DNA of 64,000 nucleotides from Clostridium sp. UBA4548 (GTDB taxonomy: Bacteria > Bacillota > Clostridia > Clostridiales > Clostridiaceae), in the NCBI RefSeq assembly GCF_002387895.1, contig NZ_DGLI01000002.1, positions 21,345 to 85,344 on the forward strand. Direction: 5' to 3'. A program made the translations under genes and the position numbers. Each line of letters opens with the position of its first letter. The stretch's first letter is position 1. The notes under the pieces were generated by a model. It was not told the DNA's origin and searched no databases. It worked only from the letters and a program-made list of their open reading frames with translations. Positions 63,479 through 64,000 of this stretch are shown in pieces.

Positions 63479-64000
63479 TATGAACATACCAGAATTCCAA
63501 AGGTAGGTACCCTTTAAAAGAAAATCCTTAGCTACTTCCACATTAGGCTTCTCAGTAAACCTAGCTACCTTAAAAGTAGAAATAGGACCTCCTATAGGAT
63601 CCCCCATCTCAATATATCCATAACCTGTTTCAGGTCTATTAGGGGCAATTCCTATAGTCACTAGTCCTCTTCTCTTCTCTGCTAGTTCTATAGCATGGTG
63701 CAGCGTATCTAAGAATTGTTTTTCACCCTCAATATAGTGATCTGAAGGTAGCACTACCATCACCGCATCCTTGTCCTTCTTTAAAAGCTTCACTGCTGAA
63801 AGCCCTATACAAGTTGCAGTTTCCTTATTGCTTGGTTCAACAAAGACGTTATCTTTATTTATCTCTGGAAGTTCTTCATGTATCTTATCTACATACTCTT
63901 GATTGGTTACAACAAAGATATTCTCTTTATTAATTAACGGTTTTATGCGATCAACTGTGTTTCTTAAGAAGCTTTTGCTATTATATGCCTTTAAAAATTG
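63466..64000 (-). CDS. manC: 5' half of the split mannose-1-phosphate guanylyltransferase gene (start beyond the window)
   Basis: Frame open to the window edge: QFLKAY...VVTNQ...EPSNKETA...LPSDH...PETGYGYI...FTEKP...WNSGMFIWRAD; in the integrated state it runs into the element and stops at 63389. Confidence 0.92.

Noticed and set aside
63389..63793. Stand-alone 134-aa protein as given in the ORF track
   Set aside because: The frame stays open to position 64000 with ManC motifs, so the GTG at 63793 is internal, and the last ~25 aa are read-through into the element.

Overview
AT-rich chromosomal window from a spore-forming Clostridium-like firmicute; most genes are on the minus strand. It holds a housekeeping backbone (5' part of the atp operon, tagO-like, upp, rpiB, sua5, prfA-prmC, tdk, rpmE, rho, pyrG, ddl, ispE), a copper cluster, sporulation, germination and coat genes (SASP, spoIIR, a gerA-type operon, sipL-like, veg, yabG, a CotS/glycosyltransferase cluster), adhE, a probable arginine ABC transporter and larC. 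Main discoveries: (1) A mannose-1-phosphate guanylyltransferase gene (manC) is split by a 3,518-bp element bounded by 13-bp direct repeats (CATCTGCTCTCCA at 59948-59960 and 63466-63478). The element carries a large serine recombinase, an unannotated 59-aa ORF that is a candidate directionality factor, and an O-antigen-ligase-like gene. Precise excision restores manC in frame, like a skin-type gene-reconstitution switch. (2) copA has an in-frame UGA exactly at the first Cys of a GMTCxxC motif, followed by a SECIS-like hairpin, so it is probably a selenoprotein rather than a pseudogene. (3) Two families of dispersed, structured intergenic repeats are present. All calls come from reading motifs by eye; no searches were run.
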